64,000 nt of DNA from a virus (IMGVR_UViG_3300005544_000022:7140-71139), one strand, 5' to 3'. Counted from the first letter of the stretch, positions 1-9,807 are shown. The notes: generated by a model not told the origin, from the letters alone. Numbers and translations are program-made.

Positions 1-131
1 GCCGGCCCGACTGCTCAGTTGCATTTGTTGGGACTCATTCAAGAGCTAACGGATCGCAAGATCACGATACCCAACGGGGCTCACAAGAAGTAAGCAGCGC
101 CTAAACCAAATCAGATAAGGGGGAATACCAA

Positions 132-446
132 ATGCCCGCGAATGACAACGCCTTGATGGCGAAGCCTCGTAATGTGGATGTGACCGATGCCCGCACCCCG
201 ATGTGGATCGTACGCAAGATCGTGCATCGCTTGGTGCTCGACTTCGGCAGTATCTACATAGTCGATCAGATACAAGTAGCGATGGTTGGCAAGGCGTATG
301 GGTTCATGGTCAGTTTCGAGCTTACGCCCCAATCGCCAAACGTGGAGTTGATGTTCAATGTGAGAATTGCGTATTTCGACTATGTTGGGGAGATCAAGTG
401 GTGTTGCCTTACTACCAGAAATGAGGTAACTGGGAGGTGGCAATGA
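132..446 (+). CDS. hypothetical protein
   Basis: ORF with RBS-like aagggg upstream; no recognisable motif. Confidence 0.6.
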   Translation: MPANDNALMAKPRNVDVTDARTPMWIVRKIVHRLVLDFGSIYIVDQIQVAMVGKAYGFMVSFELTPQSPNVELMFNVRIAYFDYVGEIKWCCLTTRNEVTGRWQ

Positions 447-715
447 GGCGGCACTCTCAATACGATGTAGTGCAACAGAGGGTAACGAATATGTGGTATG
501 TTCAGATGTGCGATGGCAAACGTCATGGCCCATTCGACAGCTATGAAGATGCTAACCAAATGGCTAGCGACGACGTAGCTAGAATATACCGGGTTCACAG
601 CGTATCCCATCTACTGGCATATGACAGAGCCATGCGCGAACGGCGGGGCAAGCTGTCGCCCATAACGCTGCCAACGCCAGATCACCCAGCATTGCGACGC
701 CTGCTTGACGAGTAG
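443..715 (+). CDS. hypothetical protein
   Basis: ORF 437..715; ATG 443 overlaps the upstream TGA (ATGA). Confidence 0.55.
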   Translation: MRRHSQYDVVQQRVTNMWYVQMCDGKRHGPFDSYEDANQMASDDVARIYRVHSVSHLLAYDRAMRERRGKLSPITLPTPDHPALRRLLDE

Positions 716-845
716 TCGTTCTACCTCAATTACCCCTAGCTATTCGCATCTAGTTAAGCCGCCAATTTTCAAGGTATCACCCTAGCACCCAAAATTGCTG
801 AACGCTGTATATGCACTAATAGCTACCAGATTTCAGCAGCAAATG

Positions 846-852
846 CGTATGT
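846..852 (+). promoter_or_regulatory. CGTATGT putative phage promoter element
   Basis: Intergenic copy of the recurring motif, upstream of ORF 916. Confidence 0.5.
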
Positions 853-915
853 AACCAGTACAGGCCCACTCGCCTACCCCACAAACCAACGTCAACTTAT
901 GAAGAGGAACTAACC

Positions 916-1488
916 ATGCCTGCATTCATCAATGCCGACACTGGCAAGCCTGAGAAGAAACGCATGAAGAAAGAGCAAGCGATGATGAGCGGTCAGCGCC
1001 CGTTGTCGTTCGAGGCTGCGTGCAAGAGGTTCAAGAAGCGCTTCACCCTCGATCACACACCGGGCTGGGCGCGGCACATCGTCGAGCGCACGGGCAAGTA
1101 TCCGGCTCCTCGGTACAACAGCGATATGGAGTGGTACCAGCGGTCGGAGTTCATCGGCTTCGCCACGACCGGCAGCCGCAAGTACATTCGTGAGAATGAC
1201 CCGACATGGCCGGTCGGTCGCTGGCTCGACAAGCCGTTCAAGCGTGAAGAGTTCGGCAAGGTTGCCAAGGCAGAGCGCAAGGCGGAGCGTTACGGCACGC
1301 AACGCAAAACGTTGAGCAATCCTACTCCCAAAGCTTTGGATCAGCTTGGCAAGTTGATCGCTGCTACCAAGCCCGCCGCACCGACCAGAACGGCACCAAA
1401 GGGCAAGATCAGCGGCAAGAAGGCCAATCACCGGCCGACCAAAGCCGGTAAGAAGCCGACCAACGGCAACAAGAACGGTAAGAAGTAA
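916..1488 (+). CDS. hypothetical protein with Lys/Pro/Ala-rich basic C-terminal tail
   Basis: RBS gaggaac before ATG; folded-looking N-terminus (YPAPRYNSDMEWY) then low-complexity basic tail. Confidence 0.75.
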   Translation: MPAFINADTGKPEKKRMKKEQAMMSGQRPLSFEAACKRFKKRFTLDHTPGWARHIVERTGKYPAPRYNSDMEWYQRSEFIGFATTGSRKYIRENDPTWPVGRWLDKPFKREEFGKVAKAERKAERYGTQRKTLSNPTPKALDQLGKLIAATKPAAPTRTAPKGKISGKKANHRPTKAGKKPTNGNKNGKK

Positions 1489-1519
1489 GCATCGAACGTC
1501 AACCCAAGGAATGTGTGCC

Positions 1520-1726
1520 ATGAGCGAGTCTGAAATAATTGCGTGGATAGCAGTTGGCTGGTGCTACTTTTGGGGAGCCCTAGTTTCATTCGTACTGGCC
1601 TACATATCTCGTACCCCTAATCCAACAATAAACAGCATGCTTGTACTGGTGAGTTTCTCATGGCCGGTCACAATGCCTTGGATACTGATCAACACGTTCG
1701 CTGAGCTAGGAAAGGATGGGAAATGA
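1520..1726 (+). CDS. small membrane protein
   Basis: ORF 1511..1726 with two hydrophobic segments. Confidence 0.55.
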   Translation: MSESEIIAWIAVGWCYFWGALVSFVLAYISRTPNPTINSMLVLVSFSWPVTMPWILINTFAELGKDGK

Positions 1727-2688
1727 AAGCGCGCACATTCGACAAGGCCGATGTGTACGAGCGCATAACTGCTCAGATCATTAAGGACGTTGAGGCTGGG
1801 ACGATACCCTGGCTGATACCCTGGTCACATTCTAAAGCTACTCAGGCTCGAGACGTGACCTTGCAAGATGTGTGGCCGGCTAATGCCATCACCGGCCACC
1901 TGTACAACGGCGCGAACGTGTTTCAGTGCTGGATGCATCAGTCAAGGCTGAAGGCAGAAGGGCCGCCGCTGTTCCTAACCTTCAAGCAAGCGAAGGCGGC
2001 TGGTGGCTACGTGCGTAAAGGGGAGCAAAGTATCATCGTCATCGGCTTCAATAGTGGCTTGAAGAAAGTCGAGCAGGACGATGGTACGACCAAAACCAAA
2101 AAGACTTTCTATGCGTTCGGCCACTTCGTATTCCACATCAGCCAATGTGAGAATGTGAAGCTGCCAAAGCGCAAGCCCATAGAGCGTCCCGTGGGCCTCG
2201 ATGATGACAAGGCATGGCAGGCGTTCATCAAAGCCACCGGAGCAGACATTCGCCACGGTGGCACGAGTGCTCACTACAAGCCCATCGCAGATTACATACA
2301 AATGCCGACGGCCAAGGCGTTCAAGACTAAGGATGACTACAAGGCCGTCGAGTTGCACGAGTTGACGCACTGGACAAGTCACAAGACTAGGTGCGACAGG
2401 CCAATCATGCACGTATTCCAAAGCGAGGGCTACGCTAAGGAGGAGCTGATTGCCGAGCTTGGCAGTGCCTTTCTATGTGCCAAGCTGGGCGTCGTGCAAA
2501 AGACTGTGCGTCACGCCGACTATGTTGGCGATTGGCTGAAAGTGCTCAAGAACGACAAGCGTGCCATCGTGCGCGCTGCGTCGCAGGCAATGAAGGCGAC
2601 AACCTTCATTGAGACATTGGTAGGCGATGCGTTGAAACCAAAAGTGAAGCGCAAGCGTTTGAAACCCTCGAAAGGAAAAAGGCGATGA
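1723..2688 (+). CDS. ardC: ArdC-family antirestriction / ssDNA-binding protein with zincin-like metallopeptidase domain
   Basis: ITAQIIKDVEAGTIPWLIPW, YNGAN, FLTFKQAKAAGGYVRKGEQS, HELTHWT (HExxH), YAKEELIAELGSAFLC. Confidence 0.9.
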   Translation: MKARTFDKADVYERITAQIIKDVEAGTIPWLIPWSHSKATQARDVTLQDVWPANAITGHLYNGANVFQCWMHQSRLKAEGPPLFLTFKQAKAAGGYVRKGEQSIIVIGFNSGLKKVEQDDGTTKTKKTFYAFGHFVFHISQCENVKLPKRKPIERPVGLDDDKAWQAFIKATGADIRHGGTSAHYKPIADYIQMPTAKAFKTKDDYKAVELHELTHWTSHKTRCDRPIMHVFQSEGYAKEELIAELGSAFLCAKLGVVQKTVRHADYVGDWLKVLKNDKRAIVRAASQAMKATTFIETLVGDALKPKVKRKRLKPSKGKRR

Positions 2689-2921
2689 CCCCAAGACATG
2701 GTGTAGCAGCAGCGACCTTCTTCACAGGCACGCGGAAGAATGGCGACAAGGTGTGGATCAACGTGGCTGAGATAACCACGATGATCGACCACACTGACAA
2801 GAAGAAACCTGACAACAGATACACCATCATCGCAACGGTGCATGGCGTGAGCCAGCAAGCGATGTTTCTGAACGAAACGCCAGAAACCCTGATCGCTACG
2901 GCGGTAACGATAGTCGGGTAA
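2685..2921 (+). CDS. hypothetical protein
   Basis: ATGA overlap with ardC stop. Confidence 0.6.
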   Translation: MTPRHGVAAATFFTGTRKNGDKVWINVAEITTMIDHTDKKKPDNRYTIIATVHGVSQQAMFLNETPETLIATAVTIVG

Positions 2922-2925
2922 GCCC

Positions 2926-3180
2926 ATGTCAACTCGAGAAACGCTGTTAGTGCTGGCATTGGGTTGGCTCTATTTCTGGGGCTTGCTCATAACATTCTGC
3001 TTTCAAATGCTGACGGTTGCGTATTTCAAACAGACTAGAGAAATGACTGGTTTGCATTTGGCCTACATAGTTTTCCTATGTGTGTTCTGGCCTATCAGCT
3101 TACCCAAGGCTGGCGTGCCGGCACTTGGCGATATGTTGTCAACGTTAGTAACTCACATCAAGCAAAGGAGAAAGAGGTGA
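2926..3180 (+). CDS. small membrane protein
   Basis: Two hydrophobic segments, basic C-terminus. Confidence 0.55.
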   Translation: MSTRETLLVLALGWLYFWGLLITFCFQMLTVAYFKQTREMTGLHLAYIVFLCVFWPISLPKAGVPALGDMLSTLVTHIKQRRKR

Positions 3181-3356
3181 GAGTGTTCAGGCGCCTATCT
3201 GATGATGGGCACGCTTCAGTGTTCAAGGCAAGGGTGAGCAGTGATTTGATCGTGCTGGAAATCGCCAGTGCGACTAGCCTGATGAGAATGATAACAAGCC
3301 TATCTAAGGAGGATGCCAAGCGTTTCGCAGCGTGGTTACAAACCAAAACGGAGTGA
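3177..3356 (+). CDS. hypothetical protein
   Basis: ORF 3078..3356; GTG 3177 overlaps the upstream TGA. Confidence 0.5.
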   Translation: MRVFRRLSDDGHASVFKARVSSDLIVLEIASATSLMRMITSLSKEDAKRFAAWLQTKTE

Positions 3357-3360
3357 GCTG

Positions 3361-3537
3361 ATGACTGGGGGTCACATGACGTTCATCGAGGAATACCTGG
3401 GCTGGGAGATATACCTCGATATGCCGGCTGGGATGTACTACGCAATCGACCCTAGTAGCGGCAGCCGCTACGGGCCTAGTCGCAGTCGAGCCGAGTTGAA
3501 ACTCTACATCAGTCGAGTACGCACCAACTACACCTAG
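3361..3537 (+). CDS. hypothetical protein
   Basis: ORF 3313..3537; ATG 3361 after ggag. Confidence 0.5.
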   Translation: MTGGHMTFIEEYLGWEIYLDMPAGMYYAIDPSSGSRYGPSRSRAELKLYISRVRTNYT

Positions 3538-3546
3538 AGGGAAACC

Positions 3547-3639
3547 ATGCCACAACTCGCAGCAGTGACCGTGATGATGGGTCTCGTCGCCGTGTTCGCC
3601 ATCGTGCTAGCGATTGGACTGATCGTGATATTCGGGTAG
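3547..3639 (+). CDS. 30-aa single-pass membrane peptide
   Basis: Translated by hand: MPQLAAVTVMMGLVAVFAIVLAIGLIVIFG; RBS gaggg. Confidence 0.5.
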   Translation: MPQLAAVTVMMGLVAVFAIVLAIGLIVIFG

Positions 3640-3650
3640 TCTGCACAAAA

Positions 3651-3664
3651 GTTCAAAATTGAAC
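3651..3664. promoter_or_regulatory. palindrome GTTCAAAATTGAAC (recurring operator-like site)
   Basis: Inverted repeat between stop 3639 and start 3685. Confidence 0.6.
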
Positions 3665-3684
3665 TTCACCAAGGAGAGGGAAAT

Positions 3685-3951
3685 ATGAGCGAGCATCGAG
3701 ACGTGCGTAGTGATGCCTATTGGCAGCGATGGGCCGATAACTACAAGCCGGTACCTAGCGGGCCGCAGCCGACCGCCACGGGTTATCTGCTACTGGCGGC
3801 GTATGGTAAGGCTAAGCGGGCACTCATTCGGCTGGTGTGCTTTGTGTGGCAGCACGACATCGAGACTGAAGAGTGGGATGAAGTCAACTACAAGATCGAA
3901 AACATACCCTGGCACTGCCGGCGTTGCGGTGCTGGCGGCATAACCCGCTAA
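3685..3951 (+). CDS. hypothetical protein with C-terminal CxxC
   Basis: RBS aggagaggg; WHCRRCG. Confidence 0.6.
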   Translation: MSEHRDVRSDAYWQRWADNYKPVPSGPQPTATGYLLLAAYGKAKRALIRLVCFVWQHDIETEEWDEVNYKIENIPWHCRRCGAGGITR

Positions 3952-4010
3952 GACCAAGCTTCAACACAATCAGGCAGTATGTAAACTCTAAGGAAGAGAG
4001 GGATCGAGCT

Positions 4011-4214
4011 ATGGCTAAAACAACCCAAGTCTACGTGAATGAGGACTGCGTGTTTTTGTTTCAGACCAATCACGGCTCGTTGGTGGTGAGGTTTGAGAAG
4101 GTAGGCACCCGTGATACCGTCTACAGCGTCGTGACCTATCAGGACAAAGCCGGTACAATCATCGGGCCGAACATCGGCTACCCGTTCAAGCCGAGAGGCA
4201 GCAACGAGGCGTGA
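4011..4214 (+). CDS. hypothetical protein
   Basis: ORF 3924..4214; probable ATG 4011. Confidence 0.55.
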   Translation: MAKTTQVYVNEDCVFLFQTNHGSLVVRFEKVGTRDTVYSVVTYQDKAGTIIGPNIGYPFKPRGSNEA

Positions 4215-4218
4215 GCAT

Positions 4219-4461
4219 ATGTGGATACACAAAGCAGAACGAATATTAAAGGAGGGAACGATGGATGTGCAAATCGAGGCGATGCGCTGTCAAGTAACAA
4301 ATGTGTTCTACCCTCATTGGGTACTGAGAAGGGTAGCCGTCGGAACTGACAGCATCGTCGTGCATGAGCCGTTGGCCAAAATGACGGCAACGGCTGTCAA
4401 GAATGATAAGCTAGCAGACTTCGTGAAAATGGTACGAGCCCTCAAGAACATAAAGGAGTAA
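4219..4461 (+). CDS. hypothetical protein
   Basis: Tightly packed + strand ORF. Confidence 0.55.
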   Translation: MWIHKAERILKEGTMDVQIEAMRCQVTNVFYPHWVLRRVAVGTDSIVVHEPLAKMTATAVKNDKLADFVKMVRALKNIKE

Positions 4462-4466
4462 GTGAA

Positions 4467-4826
4467 ATGGGTAAGAACAGACGTAAGCCAATCGAGCGCA
4501 AGCGGCTAGGCCCAGTCGGTGGGCGGTACTCGACGCCGTTCTTGAACTATGGTGCGGGCGTTACAAAGGTAACGCCGCAAACCATCGACATCAAGATACC
4601 TCGCCGCTTGCTACTGGCCTTGCAAGTGCGCGAGAGCAACAAGCAAGAGTGGGGCAACTTGCGCGCGCATTCGATCAATCAATACACACCCGAAAGCCAG
4701 AAAAACAAGCTAAGAAAGGAACTCGAGTACTTACGTGAAGGATGGATGGTGAATGCCTACTTCGGTAGCAACGCATCATTCAGAATTCACGAGGTTTACA
4801 CCCGGCCCGAGGCAGTCACTTACTAA
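4467..4826 (+). CDS. hypothetical protein
   Basis: RBS aaggag; packed ORF. Confidence 0.6.
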   Translation: MGKNRRKPIERKRLGPVGGRYSTPFLNYGAGVTKVTPQTIDIKIPRRLLLALQVRESNKQEWGNLRAHSINQYTPESQKNKLRKELEYLREGWMVNAYFGSNASFRIHEVYTRPEAVTY

Positions 4827-4841
4827 GGAACATCGAGTATC

Positions 4842-5189
4842 ATGGCAAAGAAAGCAAAGAAAAAGCTCAACGGCGTCCACATGCAAGTTGCAGCGGAGCC
4901 AATCGAAGCACCTCAATACCTGGGGCACAAGCCGCGCACTGGCAAAGGCAACAAGATCGCCCTAGCCAGAGCAATCGCAGCAGCACGCAACGCCGCTCGC
5001 AAGAGCAACTTGTTCGACGGCATCAGGGGGCACGGCATCGTGATACTCATAGATGCTGCTTTGCAGGACGCATTTCTACCCAAGGGCAAGATCGAGGTGC
5101 GTCGCGAGGGGGATCGACTGCAACAAGCCTTGAAGCTGGTGAGAGATAGCCAGCGCATGCAACAGGCACCGCCGGGGTTGCTGACATGA
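4842..5189 (+). CDS. hypothetical protein
   Basis: RBS aagga; basic N-terminus. Confidence 0.6.
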   Translation: MAKKAKKKLNGVHMQVAAEPIEAPQYLGHKPRTGKGNKIALARAIAAARNAARKSNLFDGIRGHGIVILIDAALQDAFLPKGKIEVRREGDRLQQALKLVRDSQRMQQAPPGLLT

Positions 5190-5392
5190 CCGTACTCCAG
5201 TTCTATATCAGAGCTGGGCTAATCATCGGCGCCATTGTGGCGGTTGGCGGCTATTGGAGTGCGCACGACAGCCGGCTAGCAATGGAGCATTATTGGAAGA
5301 AGCGACTTGACTGTGAGGCAGTAGGTTGGAGATATCACTCACGAGGCATACGCAGAGGCAAATCAGTAGGTACCATCGAAGAATGTGACTAA
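5186..5392 (+). CDS. small membrane protein
   Basis: ATGA overlap; N-terminal hydrophobic helix. Confidence 0.55.
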   Translation: MTVLQFYIRAGLIIGAIVAVGGYWSAHDSRLAMEHYWKKRLDCEAVGWRYHSRGIRRGKSVGTIEECD

Positions 5393-5598
5393 TGGAGCCA
5401 GAAATGAAACGCAAGCTAAAGCCCAAGGCTAAACCCAAGCTGCAGGAGTACATATACGCAATCGCAAACCCAGTCACCGGCATGGAGTTGGTGCGCTCGA
5501 CCTGGGCGTACTCACTGCAGGAGGCTACTCGCCAAACCGAGAACATCGCTCGGTGCTTTGGCAAGTCAACAGAAGTCGTTCACGTTGAGAGGGCCTGA
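5392..5598 (+). CDS. hypothetical protein
   Basis: TAATG overlap. Confidence 0.55.
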   Translation: MEPEMKRKLKPKAKPKLQEYIYAIANPVTGMELVRSTWAYSLQEATRQTENIARCFGKSTEVVHVERA

Positions 5599-5825
5599 TG
5601 GTTAGAATACTCCTACCCAGCTACCCGGAAGCGGTTAGCATCATGGGCAAGCATGGCACGCAATCGCTGACCACTGATGGGCTTGTGTATCTAGAAAGTG
5701 AGCACGAGCAACTTCTAAAGTTGCTGGTCAGCATGCAATACCACGGCAAGTTCACCGCAGATCAAATAACGGGCATGGCCTTTATCGTAGGGCTGATGCT
5801 GCAAGCACCCGATGGAGGTAACTGA
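5598..5825 (+). CDS. hypothetical protein
   Basis: TGATG overlap. Confidence 0.55.
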   Translation: MVRILLPSYPEAVSIMGKHGTQSLTTDGLVYLESEHEQLLKLLVSMQYHGKFTADQITGMAFIVGLMLQAPDGGN

Positions 5826-6178
5826 TGGCAACGTACAAACAATTCCCACACTGTCACGCATTCGCAGCCGGGCACGCTGCCGAGAACAGCATACCGTTCG
5901 ATGCTTTTGATCGACTAGCCGATCATGAGGTGTTGCCAACCGAGGTGGACCTCTGGAATAGAACTGAAAGCGTGTTCGCTGCGATGAAGCTAAGTGGAGG
6001 GCCAATTCATCAACGGCAAAATGCTCTGTTCGACTTAGGCTATCAGCAAGCCGAGGGCACAGATGAAATTGCCGATGCCGCCGACGACGCCGAGCGCGAA
6101 AGGCTCGAGAAGGAGTACGACCAAAAGCTGGGCCTCGACGACCCGACTATCAGAGAGTTTATGATCTCGCTGTACTGA
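5825..6178 (+). CDS. hypothetical protein
   Basis: TGATG overlap; RBS ggaggt. Confidence 0.6.
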   Translation: MATYKQFPHCHAFAAGHAAENSIPFDAFDRLADHEVLPTEVDLWNRTESVFAAMKLSGGPIHQRQNALFDLGYQQAEGTDEIADAADDAERERLEKEYDQKLGLDDPTIREFMISLY

Positions 6179-6345
6179 AAGCAAACTCGACCCTGAGGAG
6201 ACTTACTATGGAACCCAAGTTGGAATTCGCATTGACCTCGTGGTGCGTAATCTGCCGTAAGTTCGTGCTCGTGCCCTGCGAGCGTGGTGAGTTCACCAAT
6301 AGTAAGAAGCCAAGCTGAAGCGAGCGCGAGCTAAGGAGAATTACG

Positions 6346-8250
6346 ATGCCTAAAGTTAAGAAGAAGGCAAAAGGCAAAGCCAAGCCAATTGCCAAGCCGA
6401 CAGTACGCAGAAAGTTGACCAAGCCACCGGCGAAGAAGTTCACGCCCAAGGCAATGATCGTCACGAGTAAAACGATCAAGAATACGCCGGGCATGCCGCT
6501 TACGGCCAAGGCGTATGTGAAGAAGCCGACCAAGCTACCCGCAAAGGCGAAGAAGCCGGCCAAAGCGAAGGCACCGGCGAAGGCCAAAAAGCCGGCCAAG
6601 GCTAAGGAGACCGTGGTGGAGCAAGAAAGTGCTAATCCATCACGAGCATTGCTAAAGGAATTGACGGACTCGCACCCACTTTGGGTGAGGGAACGTCTTC
6701 CTAACAAGTACGAGCTTATTCTACCCAAAGGCAACGTGCCGGCCTCGCTGCAACAATGCACATTGTTTGATTGGATTAATTGGGGCGAGGGCAATGCATT
6801 CGTGGAGGCTGTCGCCGGCAGTGGTAAGACGACATCGCTGACGCAAGGCTGCCGGTTCATGAATGGTAGCGTGATGTTGACTTGCTTCAATAAGAAGATA
6901 GCAATCGACATCGGCACCAAGCTGGAACAATTGAAGCTGGCCAACGTGCGTGCCAGCACGTTCCACTCGATTGGCTGGCAGGCATGCATCAGAGCTTACA
7001 AAGGCGTCAAGCTCGATGCGCGCGGCAAGCGTGATGCCATGTTCGAGCACTTGCGGGTAGAGGCTGGCTTGATGGAGTTTCCCGTCAAGCTGCGTAGTAT
7101 CGTCGGCAGCCTCGTATCGCTGGCGAAGCAGAAGGGCGTGTTCAAGTTTGCCGACCCTGACGAAATACCTTTTTGGCTAGATATCGTTGAGCATCACAAC
7201 CTCGATGACGATATAGAAGACCCCGCGATGGTCATGCAGGCCGTTGAGTTTGCCATCAGCGGCATCAAATGGTCGAAGGAGATTGCACCAAAGCTGATGG
7301 ACTTCGATGATCAGATTTGGATGCCCATCATCACCAACATGCAGGTACCTAAGTTCGACTGGGTGCTGGTGGATGAAGCGCAGGATACGAATGCCGCTCG
7401 TCGGGCATTGGCGCACAAGATGATGCACGAGCGCAGCCGCATTGTATTCGTCGGTGATCGCAACCAAGCCATCTACGGCTTTTGCGGTGCCGACAGCGAT
7501 GCCATCGACATCCTGATGAAGGACTTCAACTGTATCGCCCTGCCGTTGAATGTCACCTATCGCTGTCCGCAAGCCGTGGTACGCGAGGCTCAGAAATACG
7601 TGAGCCATATCGTAGCCTGGGATCAGGCAGCCATCGGCTCAGTGGCCAGCGTCAACGCCACCGAGTTTTGGGATAACGAGGTGGCAAAGCTTTATCCCGA
7701 GTGCGCCATACTGTGCCGCAACACCAAGCCACTCGTTGCGTTGGCGTTTCAGTTGATCCGTCGCAACGTGGCTTGCCATGTCGAGGGCCGCGACATTGGC
7801 CAGGGTTTGCTCAAGCTGACCCAACGGTGGAAAGTCACTGAGATAGGTGAACTGCACGACAAGCTCGAAGAGTATCTCGAACGTGAGCGGGCTAAGCTCG
7901 ACCTTGCTCATAAAGAGGCTCAGTCGGCCGCCCTGCAGGATAGGGTCGAAACCCTGTACATTTTGATGGAAGGCTGCACGACCGTATCGCAGCTTGCCGC
8001 CAAGATAGACAACCTGTTCAAGGATACCGAAGGCAGCCAAAAGCGCACCGTCACCCTGAGCACTGTACACAAGGCCAAGGGTCGGGAGTGGGATTACGTG
8101 TACATACTCGGCTTCGATAAGTACATGCCGAGCAAGTGGGCCAAGCAATCGTGGGAGAAGGAGCAAGAGACCAACATCATTTACGTCGCGATCACCCGAG
8201 CCATCAAACAGCTCACGTTCACCGAGCATTTGGAGGATAAGAAAGCATGA
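6346..8250 (+). CDS. UvrD/REP-family SF1 DNA helicase with ~110-aa Lys/Ala/Pro-rich N-terminal extension
   Basis: AVAGSGKT (Walker A), LVDEAQD (Walker B), FVGDRNQAIYGF, TYRCP, STVHKAKGREW, YVAITRA; RBS aaggag. Confidence 0.92.
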   Translation: MPKVKKKAKGKAKPIAKPTVRRKLTKPPAKKFTPKAMIVTSKTIKNTPGMPLTAKAYVKKPTKLPAKAKKPAKAKAPAKAKKPAKAKETVVEQESANPSRALLKELTDSHPLWVRERLPNKYELILPKGNVPASLQQCTLFDWINWGEGNAFVEAVAGSGKTTSLTQGCRFMNGSVMLTCFNKKIAIDIGTKLEQLKLANVRASTFHSIGWQACIRAYKGVKLDARGKRDAMFEHLRVEAGLMEFPVKLRSIVGSLVSLAKQKGVFKFADPDEIPFWLDIVEHHNLDDDIEDPAMVMQAVEFAISGIKWSKEIAPKLMDFDDQIWMPIITNMQVPKFDWVLVDEAQDTNAARRALAHKMMHERSRIVFVGDRNQAIYGFCGADSDAIDILMKDFNCIALPLNVTYRCPQAVVREAQKYVSHIVAWDQAAIGSVASVNATEFWDNEVAKLYPECAILCRNTKPLVALAFQLIRRNVACHVEGRDIGQGLLKLTQRWKVTEIGELHDKLEEYLERERAKLDLAHKEAQSAALQDRVETLYILMEGCTTVSQLAAKIDNLFKDTEGSQKRTVTLSTVHKAKGREWDYVYILGFDKYMPSKWAKQSWEKEQETNIIYVAITRAIKQLTFTEHLEDKKA

Positions 8251-8422
8251 GGTGGCTTTTGAAATGGTGGCGTAGGGAAAGTTTGCGTGCAGCGGTCTAC
8301 GGCGAGCAAATGCAGTTTTTCTACTTCACACACCCCGACGACGTATCAGCTGAAGAGCTAGCAAAACGTCGTGCGGATTGGGCTCGCCGTTTGCGACTTG
8401 CTGAGGAGGAGAGCCGTGGCTG
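8247..8422 (+). CDS. hypothetical protein (58 aa)
   Basis: Translated by hand (MRWLLKWWRRESLR...); ATGA overlap with helicase stop. Confidence 0.45.
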
Positions 8423-8709
8423 AAACTGACCAGTACTGTAGCAAATGCAGAAGTAGAATGGAGATGATAGTCACTGACTGCTCACAAATAGGCAGGTGGG
8501 CGGGCAGTGATGGGCTAACCGCAAATCGCCAGTTTAGAAAGGATACTGGCGAAGAGATTATGGTGCGTATGTGGGTGTGCCCCAACTTCAATAAGAAAAC
8601 CAACAACAATTGGTTTCAAGTAAACGTGTTAGGGCATGCCAAGTACGAGCAGCATGACAAGAAAGCAGAGTTTATCAACCATGACAACCCGCACGCTGTA
8701 ATCCTATAG
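8371..8709 (+). CDS. hypothetical Cys-containing protein (likely start near 8415)
   Basis: YCSKC...VCP; RBS gaggag before a GTG. Confidence 0.55.
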   Translation: MRIGLAVCDLLRRRAVAETDQYCSKCRSRMEMIVTDCSQIGRWAGSDGLTANRQFRKDTGEEIMVRMWVCPNFNKKTNNNWFQVNVLGHAKYEQHDKKAEFINHDNPHAVIL

Positions 8710-8740
8710 CGTGCGACCCCAACCAAGGAGAACTACCCCA

Positions 8741-9007
8741 ATGTCACAAGAGAAGCTCATACCCCTATTGCTGGGCGTCGCCGTTTGCACCCTAGCCGGC
8801 GCGCTGGTGTACGGCGTTTCCACCATACCGCGTGACCCGGCGCTGCCGCCAGTCAAGCCAATGAACTTGAACACGGCAATTCTACACTGCAACGACGCCG
8901 CCTACCAGAAGGCGCCCAACGCCAAGCAGTGGGACATTACCGAGTGCCTGTACCACGCGCTGGATGGCAAGTACCCGATCAAGTCTTCCATTTCGAAGAA
9001 ACAGTGA
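8741..9007 (+). CDS. membrane-anchored hypothetical protein
   Basis: ORF 8711..9007; RBS aaggag; N-terminal hydrophobic helix. Confidence 0.6.
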   Translation: MSQEKLIPLLLGVAVCTLAGALVYGVSTIPRDPALPPVKPMNLNTAILHCNDAAYQKAPNAKQWDITECLYHALDGKYPIKSSISKKQ

Positions 9008-9019
9008 GGCAAAAGTATC

Positions 9020-9373
9020 ATGTTCAAGCTTCCTCTAAAGCGTGGTGGTTTATCAATCGGTGGTGAAGAAACCGCTGAAATGGTTTGGCCACGCTGGCTG
9101 GCCAAGCTGTGGGCAAAGTGGAGGGGGTATTTTTGGATTCCCTGTCCACTGTGCAAGCAACCCTATGCTGGTTTCGAATGGGGTGGAACAATGATTATCG
9201 AAGATGAAAGAGGTAGCGTGGGTGTGGGCGTATGCGCTAAGCCAGAATGCGTTGCTGCCGCTCACAAGCAACGTCATGCATGGCACGCACAGCGTGGAGA
9301 AACAATACTAAGTGAAAAAGGGGGGCTCGTCGTTATCAGCGTAGAAAAGCCTGACGATACAAAGCCGGTATGA
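9020..9373 (+). CDS. hypothetical protein with CxxC
   Basis: WIPCPLC, VCAKPEC. Confidence 0.6.
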   Translation: MFKLPLKRGGLSIGGEETAEMVWPRWLAKLWAKWRGYFWIPCPLCKQPYAGFEWGGTMIIEDERGSVGVGVCAKPECVAAAHKQRHAWHAQRGETILSEKGGLVVISVEKPDDTKPV

Positions 9374-9408
9374 TATAGGCAAAGGCTGCATCAACCCCGA
9401 GGGCTCAA

Positions 9409-9789
9409 ATGCAACGTAGAAAACTGCCACCGCCACGGCGCAAGCTCACGCCGCCGGCGCCTGATCGCCCGCCAGTAAAGGAGATGCTGGTCGGGCCAAA
9501 GAGAGCTTTCAAGCCGTCGCTGCTCGCGCAGTTTCAGCGATTGCTTGAAAAGACCCCCGGCAACTACTGGATAATCGTGTACAGTGGCAAAGGGTATACT
9601 GACCTGGATTTGAACACTACCAAAGAATCCACCGTCAGCACCATACGCCACTTCAAGCACTGTTACCCAGATGCCAAAGTGATCTACTTGAAAATACCCG
9701 ATGAGGAGCCTAAAGCTAGCCCCAAACCAGCCAAGCGCAGCTTTGACAAAAAGAAGTACGCGAAGGCTGCCCGAGCCCGTCAGTACTAA
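9409..9789 (+). CDS. hypothetical basic protein
   Basis: RBS gagggg-like; packed ORF. Confidence 0.6.
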   Translation: MQRRKLPPPRRKLTPPAPDRPPVKEMLVGPKRAFKPSLLAQFQRLLEKTPGNYWIIVYSGKGYTDLDLNTTKESTVSTIRHFKHCYPDAKVIYLKIPDEEPKASPKPAKRSFDKKKYAKAARARQY

Positions 9790-9807
9790 ACCCAGTGGAG
9801 GCGTACC

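Noticed and set aside
910-1521. 203-aa minus-strand ORF
   Set aside because: Antisense to the RBS-supported + strand gene 916..1488
3651-3664. Palindrome as a host LexA box
   Set aside because: Geometry GTTC-N6-GAAC matches neither the alphaproteobacterial direct repeat nor the Gram-positive box
6159-6989. 276-aa minus-strand ORF rich in F/A/L/G
   Set aside because: Antisense shadow of the K/A/P-rich helicase N-terminus
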